DNA of 64,000 bases from the human T2T-CHM13v2.0 reference genome, Homo sapiens: assembly GCF_009914755.1 (NCBI RefSeq), contig NC_060935.1. One strand, 5' to 3'. Position 1 is the stretch's first letter. Each line of letters begins with the position of its first letter. A program made the position numbers and the translations under genes. Of the stretch, positions 24,719 to 37,239 are shown one piece after another. The notes under the pieces were generated by a model. It did not search any database. It saw only the letters and a list, made by a program, of their open reading frames with translations, and was not told the origin of the DNA.

Positions 24719-27401
24719 ACATTTGTTTTATTACACTTTAAGTTCTGGGATACATGTGCAGAACCTGCAGGTTTGTTACATAGGTATATATGTGCTATGG
24801 TGGTTTGCTGCACCCATCAACCTGTAATCTACATTAAGTATTTCTCCTAGTGCTATCCCTTCCCTAGCCCCCGAACCCCTGACAAGCCCTGGTGTGTGAT
24901 ATTCCCCTTCCTGTGTCCATGTGTTCTCATTGTTCACACCCACTTATAAGTGAGAACAACATGCAGTGTTTTGTTTTCTGTTCCTGTGTTAGTTTGCTGA
25001 GAATGATGGTTTCCAGGTTCATCCATTTCCCTGCATAGGACATGAACTCATCCTCTTTTATGTCTGCATAGTGTGCCATGGTGTATATGTGCCACATTTT
25101 CTTTATCCAGTCTATGGTTGATGGGCATTTGTGTTGGTTTCAAGTCTTTGCTATTGTGAATAGTGCTGCAATGAACATACATGTGCATGTGTCTTTATAG
25201 TAGAATATTTATAATCTTTTGGGTATGTAACCCAGTAATGGGATTGTTGGGTCAAATGGTATTTCCGGTTCTAGATCCTTGAGGAATCACCACACTGTCT
25301 TCCACAATGGTTGAACTAATTTATACTCCCACTAACAATGTAAAAGCATTCCTGTTTCTCCACGTCCTCTCCAGCATCTGTTGTTTCCTGACTTTTTCAT
25401 GATCGCCATTCTAACTGGCGTGAGATGGTATCTCATTGTGTTTTTTTGATGTGCATTTCTCTAATGACCAGTGATGATGAGGTTTTTTTCACATGTTTAT
25501 TGCCCACATAAATGTCTTCTTCTGTGAAGTGTCTGTTCATATCTTTTGCCCACTTTTTGATGGGGTCGTTTGTTTATTTCCTGTAAATTTGTTTAAGTTC
25601 CTTATAGATTCTGGATGGATAGATTGCAAAAATTTTCTCCCATTTTGTAGGTTGCCTGTTCACTCTGATGATAGTTTCCTTTGCTGTGCAGAAGCTCTTT
25701 AGTTTAGTGAGATCCCATTTGCCAGTTTTGGCTTCTGTTGCCATTGCTTTTGATGTTTTAGTCATGAAGTCTTTGCCTGTTCCTATGTCCTGAATGGTAT
25801 TGCCTAGGTTTTCTTCTAGGGTTTTTGTGACTTTAGGTCTTACGTTTAAGTCTTTTATCCCTCTTGAGTTAATTTTTGTCTAAGGCATAAGGAAGGGGTC
25901 CAGCTTCAGTTTTCTGCATATGGCTAGCCAGTTTTCCCAACATCATTTATTAAACAGGGAATCCTTTATCCTATTGCTTGCTTTTGCCAGGTTTGTCAAA
26001 GATCAGATGGTTGTAGATGTGTGGCATCATTTCTGAGGCCTCTGTTCTGTTCCATTGGTCTATATATGTGTTTTGGTACCAGTATCATGCTGTTTTTGTT
26101 ACTGTAGCCTTGTAGTATAGTTTGAAGTCAGGTAGTATGATGCTTCCAGCTTAGTTCTTTTTGCTTAGGATTGTCTTGGCTATATGGGTTCTTTTTCAGT
26201 TTCATATGAAATTTACAAGAGATTTTTCTAATTCTGTGAAGAAAGTCAATGGTAGCTTGACAGGGATAGCATTGAATCAATAAATTACTTTGGGCAGTTT
26301 GACCATTTTCATGATATTGATTCTTCCTATCCATGAGCATGGAATGTTTTTCCATCTGTTTGTGTCCTCTCTTATTTCCTTGAGTGGTGGTTTGTAGTTC
26401 TCCTTGAAGAGGTCCTTCACATCCCTTGTAAGTTGGATTCCTAGGCATTTTATTCTCTTTGTAGCAATTGTGAATGGGAATTCACTCATGATTTGTCTCT
26501 CTGTTTGTCTGTTATTGGTGTATAGGAATGCTTGTGATTTTTGCACATTGATTTTGTATCCTAAGACTTTGCTGAAGATGTTCATCAGCTTAAGGAGATT
26601 TGGGGCTGAGACAATGGGGTTTTCTAAATATACAGTCATGTCATCTCCAAAACAAGGAAGAAGCCAAATCCCTGGATAGATCGATAACAAGTTCTGAAAT
26701 TGTGGCAATAATTAATAGCCTACCAATCAAAAAAAACCCAGGACCAGATGGAATCACAGCCGAATTCTACCAGAGGTACAAACAGGAGCTGGTACCATTC
26801 CTTCTGAAACTATTCCAAATAACAGAAAAAGAGGGACTCCTCCCTAACTCATTTTATGAGGCCAGCGTCATCCTGATATCAAAACCTGGCAGAGACACAA
26901 CAAAAAAAGAAAATTTCAGGCCAGTATCCCTGATGAACATCGATGCAAATATCCTCAATAAAATACTGGCAAACCAAATCCAACAGCACATCAAAAAGCT
27001 TATCCACCACGATCAAGTTGGCTTTATCGCTGGGATGCAAGGCTAACTTAACATACCCAAGTCAATAAACATAATCCATCACATAAACAGAACGAATGAC
27101 AAAATCCACATGATTATCTCAATAGATGAAGAAAAAAAGGCGTTCTATGAAATTCAACACCCCTTCATGCTGAAAACTCTCAATAAACTAGGTATTGATG
27201 GAATGTATCTCAAAATAATAAGAGCTATTTATGACAAACTCACAGCCAATATCATACTGAATGGGCAAAAGCTGGAAACATTCCCTTTGAAAAGTGACAC
27301 AAGACAAGGATGCCCTCTCTCACCACTCCTATTAAACACAGTATTGGAAGATCTGGCCAGGGCAATCAGGCAAAAAAAAAATAGGGTATTCAAATAGGAA
27401 G
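24719..27401 (-). mobile_element. 5'-truncated, 5'-inverted L1PA (about L1PA7-like)
   Basis: 3'UTR and ORF2 on the minus strand 24719-26654 (..[10 protein letters not shown]..). Inverted ORF2 segment on plus 26654-27401 ([19 protein letters not shown]). Imperfect TSD acaaggtgacat / acagggtgatat. Empty site near 13582-13598. Confidence 0.92.
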
Positions 27402-27497
27402 ACAGGGTGATATCTTAACACCACTACTAACCTTACCAATTTTGAAAAGCTGTTTTCCCTGTACTCTGTGTTGTGGTTTCTCTTGTGATTTGTGAAG

Positions 27498-28280
27498 GTG
27501 CAGCTCAAGCCCATGGAGGTTAACCTGTAGATGCTGAAAAACCTGTTGGCCAGGTTGAGGGTGCTGGTCAGGGGTGCTTTAAGGATGTGCTAGGGCTGGA
27601 AAGGGTGGCTCTGGGCTGGATGCCAGCACCTGCCTACTCTTTGTATCAGAGCCTCACACAAGAACTTCAGGAAAAATTGATTGAAGAACTGAAGAGACAA
27701 GGAGATAGTCCTAAAGGGTACTTCATGAAGCAGAGTATCGGAAACTTCTGTCACACAATTAGACTTATACATGCAATGGCCAATAACCAAGACAAACTAA
27801 AATTTGAGGCAGGTCAATCCTGAAATATTTTATTTCTGACATGGAGAAAAATATCACTTGAAGACAGCACAAAATCCTTTGAAAAGAATAAGGCCTTTCA
27901 GGCAGTTTATGAGGCTATCTTATAGCAAGGCCAATGTCAGGCAGATGACAAAGTGAATTTTTGTTTTATTCTGTTTAGCAATGCGGATGGCCACCTCTCT
28001 GAACTTGGTGGATGAGTGCCTTTCCTAGTGAACTATGGTGCCAGTTCAGAGGACTCACTGATGCAGGATTGTAGTGATTAGGCTGCCAAGGTCTGCATGA
28101 AATTTACTAAGGAAGAAGAAGAGAAAGGCTGACTCTCCAAGACCACTTAAAGCCTCATGAGAGGGACTTAGCTGTTTCTTCCTCTTCCTTTCAATGTGAA
28201 AATTTATATACCTGCCTATCCACTCTAAAAATGCTTCAATGCCTATAAAACACAGAGACTCTCCTTCAGCCTGCAGATAT
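27498..28280 (+). pseudogene. Processed pseudogene of UCHL1, copy B
   Basis: gaagGTGcagctcaagcccatggag corresponds to the UCHL1 start (MQLKPME). ORF 27587..27823 contains [30 protein letters not shown]. Collinear with copy A but without the SVA. Confidence 0.88.
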
Positions 28281-29451
28281 GCTTGGAACTCTACATATTA
28301 TATATAATTATTGGTTTCTATAATCAGTCTTTGCATATATATATGTACACATACATATGTACACACATATATACATGGTCTTAGAGTTTAAATTTTCACA
28401 TTTATTTTCAATGATTAAATATCTTTATTTTACAATTTGCATCAAGTAATCCTAATATCTGAAATAAATTAAAGATATTCATTTGTGCTTTTTATTTCTT
28501 ATTTTCCTGGAAAATTTCTGTGAATTAGAACTTTTTCAGTGGGCTATCTTTGAAGTCTCAGTGGTTGATAACCCATTCTCTGACTTATGTTTATGTTTGC
28601 TTATTCCAGTGTCATGAAGCTTCTTCTAACCTGGGCCTCTTTATGTTCTTCATTATTTAGCTTGAGATTTGATAGCCCATCAAAGCAGTATAAATATAAA
28701 TGCTGACTTAACATGAGCATTAATTATTGTCATAAATTCTTAAATAAGACTTTTTAACTCCTCCATGAAACCAAGTCTAAACGGACTAGTTTCATCCTTG
28801 TTGTTGCTGTTGTTGACTCTGTCCTACTCTAGAGGTTGTAGCCCTTCAATAATCCGAATTTCATGAGGGCATCTGTGTTCTAATTTCTCACCTTGCACAC
28901 ACCTCATCATTAGTCTCTCGCTTCCTTGTATGTGATTATATCTTAAGTTCTAGGTTACCTCTAGGGGAACTATAGGCCTCCACACCCAAAAACACACATC
29001 TTCAAGACTGGAAGACAGTGATCCCATGCAAATCTGTGATGATAGTATCATTACAACCACATGTTACACCTTTTGGGTTGATGTGGTTTTAGACATGCAT
29101 TGAACAGATTGTCTGTTAGCCTTGGATCTCCTTAGACAGACTTTTAGGTAACATTCAATTTAGAAGTCTACTAGCCATTTATTTTTCCTCTAAAAAGCCA
29201 AGAAATAAACCAGGTATGGACTGTGGAAACATAAGTGTGCCTCACTGTGGACCAAAGTGTTGGTGTGTTTTTGGCTGGAGATGAGGTTGGTACAGGCAGA
29301 GGCAACAGCTGAGATGACAGCTGAGTGTACAAGGGATGAGGCTCATATTTTAGGTTGAATATGGTAAAGTGGAATGTTGACTTTCTTTGTAAGACACAAA
29401 AGTATTTAGTAGAGTTTAGCAGAACTGCTATTTTTCTTAAAGCTTATTATA

Positions 29452-29795
29452 GGCTGGGCAGAGTGGCTTACACCTGTAATTCCTAAACTTTGGGAAGCCC
29501 AGGCAGGTAGATTACTGGAGCTCAGCAATTCAAGACCAGTCTGGGCAGCATGGTGAAATCCCGTCTCTACAAAAAAAAAACACAAAAATTAGTCAGGTAT
29601 CATGGTGTACACCTGTAGTCCCAACTACTATGGCAGAGGTGAGGGGCTGAGGTGGGAGGATGATTTGAGCACCAGAGATCAAGATTGCAGTAAGCTGTGA
29701 TCACACCGCTGCACTCAGGTCCATCCTGGGTGATGGAGTGAGATGCTGTTTTCTTTTTGTTGTTGCTGTTGTTGTTGTTGTTTTTTTTAAAAAAA
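29452..29795 (+). mobile_element. AluJ, copy B
   Basis: Paralogue of 17587-17894 with a (GTT)n tract before the residual A-tail. Confidence 0.82.
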
Positions 29796-30154
29796 GCTTA
29801 ATATATGTTTAAGAAGCAGTCTAAAACTATATGCCTAACTCCTTGCAAAAAGAAAACCCAGGTCTGGTTTTAAGGATTTTTTTTCTCTAAAGTATAAATT
29901 AGATTTTTTAAAATTTACATTGATTCTTCACTATAGAGCTTCTTACTTTGGGGTATGGGCAGGCAAAACTATATTGAATTCAAAATTCCTGTTAATTGAT
30001 GTAAATACTCATTTTTCTTGTATTCACACTTCATAAAAATTCCCCAACACTTCTAGGAAAATATATAATTTTGGATATATTTGTATCAGACTATGCTCTA
30101 TGAAAAATCATAGGGTAAATAAAATGACAACACAACAAAAATCAGTAGTAATGT

Positions 30155-31094
30155 TTATTTAGAAAACAATTTTCTTTTGAACAGTTCTTTGCATAATGCC
30201 TCTTTCACATCTTTGTTCCTCAGACTGTAGATCATGGGATTCAACATGGGGATTACAGTGGTATAAAATACAGCTACCATTTTCCCCTGCTCCATGGACT
30301 CTTCTGATGGACGTCTGAGATACATGAAGAAAAGAGCTGAATAGAAAATAGTAACGGCTGTCAGATGGGAGCCACAGGTAGAAAAAGCTTTGTGCCTGCC
30401 TTCTGTAGAGCAGATCCTTAGGGTGGCAGGAAATATGTAGAGATAGGAAATGAGGATGATAAGGAGAGGATAAGTGAAGTTGAAACCAGCCACAACAAAC
30501 ATTGACACCTCCTTGTTGTAGGTGTCAGAACAAGCCAGCTTAATCAGTGGTGGGTCCACACAGTAGAAGTGATTAATTTCACTGGGGCCACAGAAGGCTA
30601 GGTTGTAGGTCCACATAGTCTCCATCAGGCCAGTGAGTGCTCCATACACATAAAGCACTGTGATGAGGAAAGAGCACACGCTCTTGGACATTCTGCTGCC
30701 ATAAAGCAGAGGGTTGCAGATGGCCATGTACCGGTCAAAGGCCATCACAGCCAGGATGTAGAGCTCAACGTGGACCAAGGTGATAAAAAGGTAACACTGC
30801 ACAAGACGGGCAGGATAGGAAATGCTTTTCTTCTCTGAAAGGAAAATCTCCAGCATCCTTGGAGTCACATTGGAAGAGAAGCACAGATCCACAAAGGATA
30901 AGTTGCTCAGGAAAAAGTACATGGGCGTGTGGAGCCGGGGCGTTGGCCTGGATGAGGGCAATCATGCCAAGATTTCCTGCCACCGTGACCATGTAAATGG
31001 TGAGAAACAGCGTGAAGAGGAAAATCTGTAATTCCCGGTGATTGGCCAGTCCCAGGAGAATGAACTCAGTCACCAATGTACAGTTTCTTCTCAT
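30155..31094 (-). pseudogene. OR5M6P: OR5M-subfamily pseudogene (probably OR5M6P)
   Basis: 940 bp. ATG at 31094 ([11 protein letters not shown]). A single +1 insertion in the G-run 30937-30940 joins ORFs 30765..31151 and 30155..30961. The conserved Cys before TM3 is Arg (YPARLVQC). Symbol from recalled order. Confidence 0.85.
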
Positions 31095-34000
31095 AATTTC
31101 CTTCAGTGGGAAATGAGAATGTTGGATTAGTAGATATTTTCTAAAGGGCAAACATTTTTATATTTTCTTGAAACATTGTTTTGCATTGCTCCTCTGCAGT
31201 TTTTCTAAATTTGTTTTGTGTCAGGAGACACTAGAGATAGTGATTTAATTGAAACAGGGTCTAATCTTTTCGGTTTATGTCACTTAATTTCTTACTCATA
31301 TTCATTTCTACTGTGTCTATTTTTTTTTACATTTTGCTTTTTTATCTCACATCTTTATTGCTCAGATTTTGCCACTAGTGCTAATAAACAAATGAATACT
31401 CAGCACTTTTGTAAATTAATTGTTTAGATAACTTAGCTATAAGTTATCTAACTTAACTGTAAGTTGAGAACCTGGTACCTGACATTCTTTTTCTGATTAC
31501 AGTTAATTCTTCCATGCCATGTCAGATAAAATCCCTTAGGTTCCTGTTATAAGGATAGGTAGTAAAAAACTAAAAATACATTTTAGCTCATTCTTTATGT
31601 GACAAACAGAATATGCTAATTTAGACTAGCTGCTACTTTTGGGGGAAAATAAAAGATAAATATTTGAGGAGGATACCAATTGAAAATTTTACAGAAAAAT
31701 TTTCAAAATGTCTACTAACATGCTTCTAGTTAATTTCATAAACTTCAGAGTAGGTAATTTTTTGGAGCGACAGACCTGAATTAGAGCATGGAAATGACTT
31801 TGTCCAACATGTCTGTCTATATTTGTGCATACTGAGCATGCATAGCGAAGTGATTAGATGGCTAAGTGATCATCCAGACATCCAGACAACAGACAGATTT
31901 GACAGAGCCTGAGCCTGCACTAGAAGCTAGTACCTTTCCCTTAACCAGGTTAAGTATTTGCTCCTCAGAGCCAGAACTGATAATTATGGGACAGCTCTTA
32001 AAAATAAATAAGTTAAATAAATTTTAAAAAACAAAGCCAAAGAAAACAAAACAAAAATGACCAGAATTTCCTTTTTTTAAAATTCTAAAATTAGATTTGC
32101 TATGGCAAAAGGGTAGCTTCTGGCCAAGAGAATGTAATAAAAGAAAATTAAGCTACTTTTATCCATCCATTGATAAAACAGGTTTGCCCTTCCCTTCTTC
32201 TTTTCTGCCTCTCACTGGCTGTAATGTGGATATAGTGCTGAGCCATCCTGAATCATATAGATGAGAGTAACTCTTTATAGAAAGCAGAGAAAGAAGAGTA
32301 AATTAGTTGGAGCTCCTAAAACCTTGGCAGAGCTGATATGACATACTAGCTCAGAATTTTACATAAATGAGAAATAAACTTCTAATTTGTTTAACTGTTA
32401 TTTTGTTTTGTTCTCATAGGAATTTAATCCGTTATCTAACTAATATAAATACTCTTAAGGTTGGTGCTTAATAAGATTATTGTAAACTTGACTGCTATAT
32501 AAGATGAAAACATATGAAGTGATTGTTATTAGTTAGAATTAAATTAATCTGTGAGAGATTATATTCAAGGACTATGGTATGACTTATAAAATGTAAGGAT
32601 AATGCTTAGATAATCCTGATGTCAGCAACTTGAGACCTTTCAAAATCATCTTAAAACTCCTATCTATTCCACGCCATTTAGAAATCTGTAATGTTTACAA
32701 GTATGCAAACACACAGACACAGATAATATTGCAACTCTGTGGAAGGCAAGTAGAAGATAGATATTTGTTGCAAAAGAGAATAAAAATTAAAATTAAAACA
32801 TTAAATCTATTATATTTCTCAAATTTTCTACCTGTTGCCTAATCATAGAGGATTTGTCACCGGTTATTTTACAGCACTTAACCCAATTCATGATACCTCC
32901 CTGGTTTCTCTTAATTCTACTCCCCTCCTATTTCTCACCTCTCCTTCCTTCTCTTCTAAAATGACCTCAAAAACTGTATTTTTCTCTATATTTTTATTCT
33001 AAGTTCTTCACCTTTTGGGGTCTCCTAATCTCAAATTCTACTCTAGCTCCAACTTTGCCTAGTGAACACATTAAGGTGCTTTGACGAACTAAAAGGCTGT
33101 TCATGTAATAGGAACTATTATCTTTAGAAGGATGGTGATTTAACCTCTCTCTCTCTTCCCCTGACTATGTATATAAAGTCTCCCTGACTATGTATATTGT
33201 ATGTATACACATAGACATATATAATACACACATGTGTACATGCATGCATGCATACACATGTAGTTTTTAATTATTTCAGTGTGCATGCATATGTTTTCAT
33301 GAGGATTGGGTAGTTAGATGCTTTGCAATCTTTTCTTCATCTTTTTTTCTGGAGAACACTGGAACATCATCTTGCACTCTTCTATATATTCATGTCCTAA
33401 CCTTACATCCCACCTTCCTTAGAAATAGTCTGCCATGTACATTTGTACTTTCCAAAACATTAAAATTATTTTGTGCTAAAATGTTTCCAACATCCTTAGT
33501 ACTGGTATTCATCTCCCAAAACCAACTCAAAAGTTTTGGAACTTGCCTTATTTGACTTAAAAAATTACAACTATGCTGCATGTTAGCTCTACAATTGTAG
33601 ACAGCTTACATAACTTTTTTGAGCTTTAGTTTTCTCACTTCAAAATGTTGTTGAAGGAATATCTTTTGAGGATTAAAAGTTATAATCTATGTAAAGATCT
33701 GACAACATGTGAGGCACATAAAGCCATTGCAAGAAATTTTACTTTCTTAGTCCCATTTGTTCAGTAGTTAGAACAAATACAAATTCTCAGATTGTGTGCA
33801 TTGATACCTATATAACCACCCATACTCCTATGAAGTTATTTAACTATTTCTAATCATGCATCATTTCTACTGAATAAGTATTTGGCTTCTAAATATAAAT
33901 AGCAACACTTTGTCTAGTTCCTAACACACACACACAAATAGACAGCCCTACCTATAAAGAAGCAGGAAAACCAATGGGCCTTCAGAGATAATAAATAAGG

Positions 34001-34980
34001 AAAGGTTTGCTTGTGTTTATAAAGTTGACTCCTTTTCCCTGTTGCATTAAAAAGAAATCACAAAGAAGCAGTCATTTCTGCCAATTAAATGTTCCCTGAA
34101 GACAGCTCAGTGATGTTGAACATGGATTTTAAAATGGCTTAACATCTCTTCTGTGTCCTCTTTTTCACATCTCTTGGTAATGACTTTACTTATTGCTTAT
34201 CGTGTATCACTGGGCATCGTTCTACCTCACTCCCTCCATTACTTGGCAGAAAGAACTGCACTCAAAAAGGAACACCTTACTCACTCTTTTCACTTGGCCA
34301 CTAATGCAGCAAAAACATGTTCTACCACACGGTATCATTACGGTGAGCATACATTCATTTGAAAAAAAAAAAAAAGTCATAGGGTATTTTTGCTCCCCTT
34401 CTTTTTCTTTGTTTATTTTGTGTTGCTTTGTTTGTAGAAAAGTCCAAGAGTAAATGAATATAATTGAAGAAATCTAGAGTGCAAATGATTAGGATAATTT
34501 TTATTATTCTTTATTTTCCTAGGCCATGATGTACCACATACAGATGTTAAAATTTGGGGTAATTAAGTATACTTAAAATAAAAAGTTTTTATAAATTCAA
34601 TGTACAGAACTTTTTATGTATAATTTTATGTAAATATTAAAAATATGAAATAAATATTATTAGACCCATTATATATTGAAGGAACTGAGCCTTAGAAAGA
34701 AAATTCAATTTTCTCAAATTCAAAAAGCTGTTGAGTGAGCTCACTGAGAGAAGAAAGCAGCTTTGACTATGAATCTCCTCTCTCTAGCCACTAACATGCA
34801 CTAACATGCTTCACTTGCTGTTATTTCATCTAATTTCATGATTAAACATTGATTACAATGAATCAAAATGTCTATGCTTTCCAGGTACACGGAAGCAATA
34901 TCTGGTAAATTTATTACGACATTTAACTAGAAATAAAACCAAGGAAAGGCAGTTTAGTTCTACTGAGAAACCCTGTTTTC

Positions 34981-35004
34981 TTTTTTTTTTTTTTTTTTTG
35001 AGAC
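34981..35004 (-). mobile_element. Extremely 5'-truncated Alu-type insertion (GTCTC + A19)
   Basis: T19-gagac flanked by the 16-bp direct repeat gagaaa(c/t)cctgttttc (34965-34980, 35005-35020). Confidence 0.7.
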
Positions 35005-35149
35005 GAGAAATCCTGTTTTCACAAGCTAGTCCATTAGTTTTAGGCTAGTCACCCTATTTCAGTTTCCACATCGTTAAAATATATGATTGTACTACATACA
35101 GTACATCCCAGCTCACTTCCAGTTAAAAACTAAACATATATTTATGTAT

Positions 35150-36873
35150 CTCTCTGGATTCTTTGCCCTAAAAATCCCAGCTTTTCCACAAGATCTTTGA
35201 AATGCTTTCAGGGTCATCCTCCCATTGTCTTGATAAATCCAACCTGGATTCCTTCTATTTATGTTCATCTCTGTAGCAAATGATTGTTGGAAGTAAATGT
35301 TCGGTGCTACAAAGTGAAACTAGCACTCAGGCAAAAGTTTTCTCACCAAGGCAATTTACTTCTATAGAAGGGTGCATCTCAAGGATGGAGCGATGGCGAG
35401 AGCACACCGTACAAGGGAGGGGAAGAGGTGCTTATCCTAAAGCAGCTAGTCCCTACTGCTGTCTTTCCCCTATTGGCTGGGGTTGGACCACACAGTCTAA
35501 GCTAATTCTGACTGGCTATTTTAAAGAGAGCAGGGGTATGAGCCAGAGTGGCAGGGTGAGTAGTTTCGGCGGGAAGGACGGTTACAGTGTAGATGACTAG
35601 ATAACTAAGGACAGAGCAGGTGACTGAGGATGACTAAGGACAGAACAGGTGATAGAGGCTAGGAGGGGGTTGTTTACTGAAACTAGGGGCAAGGAGATGT
35701 AAAGAACGAGGAGGTTAAACTTTAAAATGGAGAACAAAGAACAGGGAAGCTAAACATACTGACATATTGATTGGTTCTTTGAAGTGGAACTCAGAACTCT
35801 TTGTACTTAACAATTTTTCTCCTTCTTGAAGTTAACAGGCTAAACTTTGAAGAGGAATTTACTGTATCCTACATGAACACTTCCTTAGTATTCTGTCCCA
35901 AACATGCTTTTTTATTATTTACATGGCCAGGCTAAGAGTTTTCTAAATCGCTTCATGCTGCTTCCTTTTCATTACAAATTCTATCTTTTTTTTCTTTCTT
36001 CTCTCATTTTACTGTAAGCACCCAAAATAAGCTGTGCACCACCTTTAATTTTTTGCTTCGCAGATATTTCTTCTTCCAGATAGTCTAGCTCACCACTCTT
36101 AAGTTCTGTATTCCACAGAGCCCTGCTACATGGACACAATTCTGCCAATTTATTTGCCACTGTATAAAAAAGATGGCCTTTACTCTAGTTTCCAGTACAT
36201 TGTTTCTCAGTTTCACCTGAGATCTTTTCAGAATGGCCTTTGCTACCCCTATTTCTACCAGCACTTTGATGATAGCCACACATGTAGTCTTTAAGAAGTT
36301 CCAGACTTTCCCTACATTTCCTGGCCCTCACCATAATTACCCTTAAACCTCCACTCATGGCATTCTAGGCTTTTTCTAGACTGTTCCTGCAAATTCTTTT
36401 GGCCTCTACTCATTACTCAGTTCTAAGGCCACTTTCACATGTTCAGCTGATATAGAACAGCCACACTTCTGAGTACCAAATTTCTCTTAGTCTGTTTTAT
36501 GCTGCTACAACAGAATAACACAGACTAAGTAATTTATAGTAAATAGAAATGTACCTGTTTTATAGTTCTGGTAACCGAGAAGTCAAAATGCATGGTGCTG
36601 ACATCTATCTAAAGGCCTTCATGCTGTGTCAGCCCATGGAGGAAGGCAGAGGGCAAGAAAAGGGGACAGCAAGTTAGAGAACTTGCAGCCTCAAGCCCAT
36701 TTATAATTGCTTTTTTAAAAAAAGTAATCCTTTATTTAGCCTTTTTATCAATCCCACAAGGTTGTAACTTTTGTGACCTAATCACATCCCATTAGGCCCT
36801 ACTTTTTAACACTGTTACGGTGGGGATTAACTTTCCAACACATTATTTTTGAGGATACGTTCAAATCACCACA
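35150..36873 (-). mobile_element. MaLR MST-type LTR (about 36485-36873) with adjoining internal sequence, interrupted by LTR10
   Basis: cttagtctgttttatgctgctacaacagaata..cacagact..gtaatttata and gtgacctaatcac..cccattaggccc in the LTR; gtaccaaatt junction into the internal region. Confidence 0.65.
35285..35873 (-). mobile_element. HERV-I family solo LTR (LTR10-like)
   Basis: Minus strand tgtaggatacagtaaattcctcttcaaag...caatatgtcagtatgtt...ttttaaagtttaacctcctcgt matches recalled LTR10. TG..CA ends, approximate 4-bp TSD tgat/tgaa. Confidence 0.7.
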
Positions 36874-37239
36874 TCATGTAGATCCAATTAAGTCTAAATT
36901 TGTTAAAAAAGCATTTCATTCTTGCCTTATCTGATCTAGTTTACTATTCAACTTTATTATTTACTACTTTCCTATCTATTATTTGTGTCATAAGCACAAC
37001 CAAGCTATTCTTCTTGATCAGTTGGTTCACTCTTTAGGAAAAGTCTTTGCAATTCATCCTCTACCCTTTGAAATTCCTACTCAACTTTCAAAACCCATCT
37101 CAGTGGTTACCTTCTCTGGGAGAATTACCCAAAAAGCTTTTTGTCAAGATAATTTTTTTCTTTCTTTGTGCTCACAAAACACTTTAAATAAATTATTTCA
37201 ACTATTTCTTTTACCCAAGCTCCACAAGTAGGAGGACCA

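Larger units (their letters stand above)
19194..30154. repeat. Tandem segmental duplication, copy B
   Basis: Shares MLT1A, old L1M, the UCHL1 retrocopy and AluJ with copy A in the same order. Confidence 0.92.

Noticed and set aside
25493-27514. Reverse transcriptase-like ORFs on both strands suggesting a novel bidirectional RT system
   Set aside because: They are fragments of one dead L1 ORF2 with a twin-priming inversion and many stops and frameshifts.
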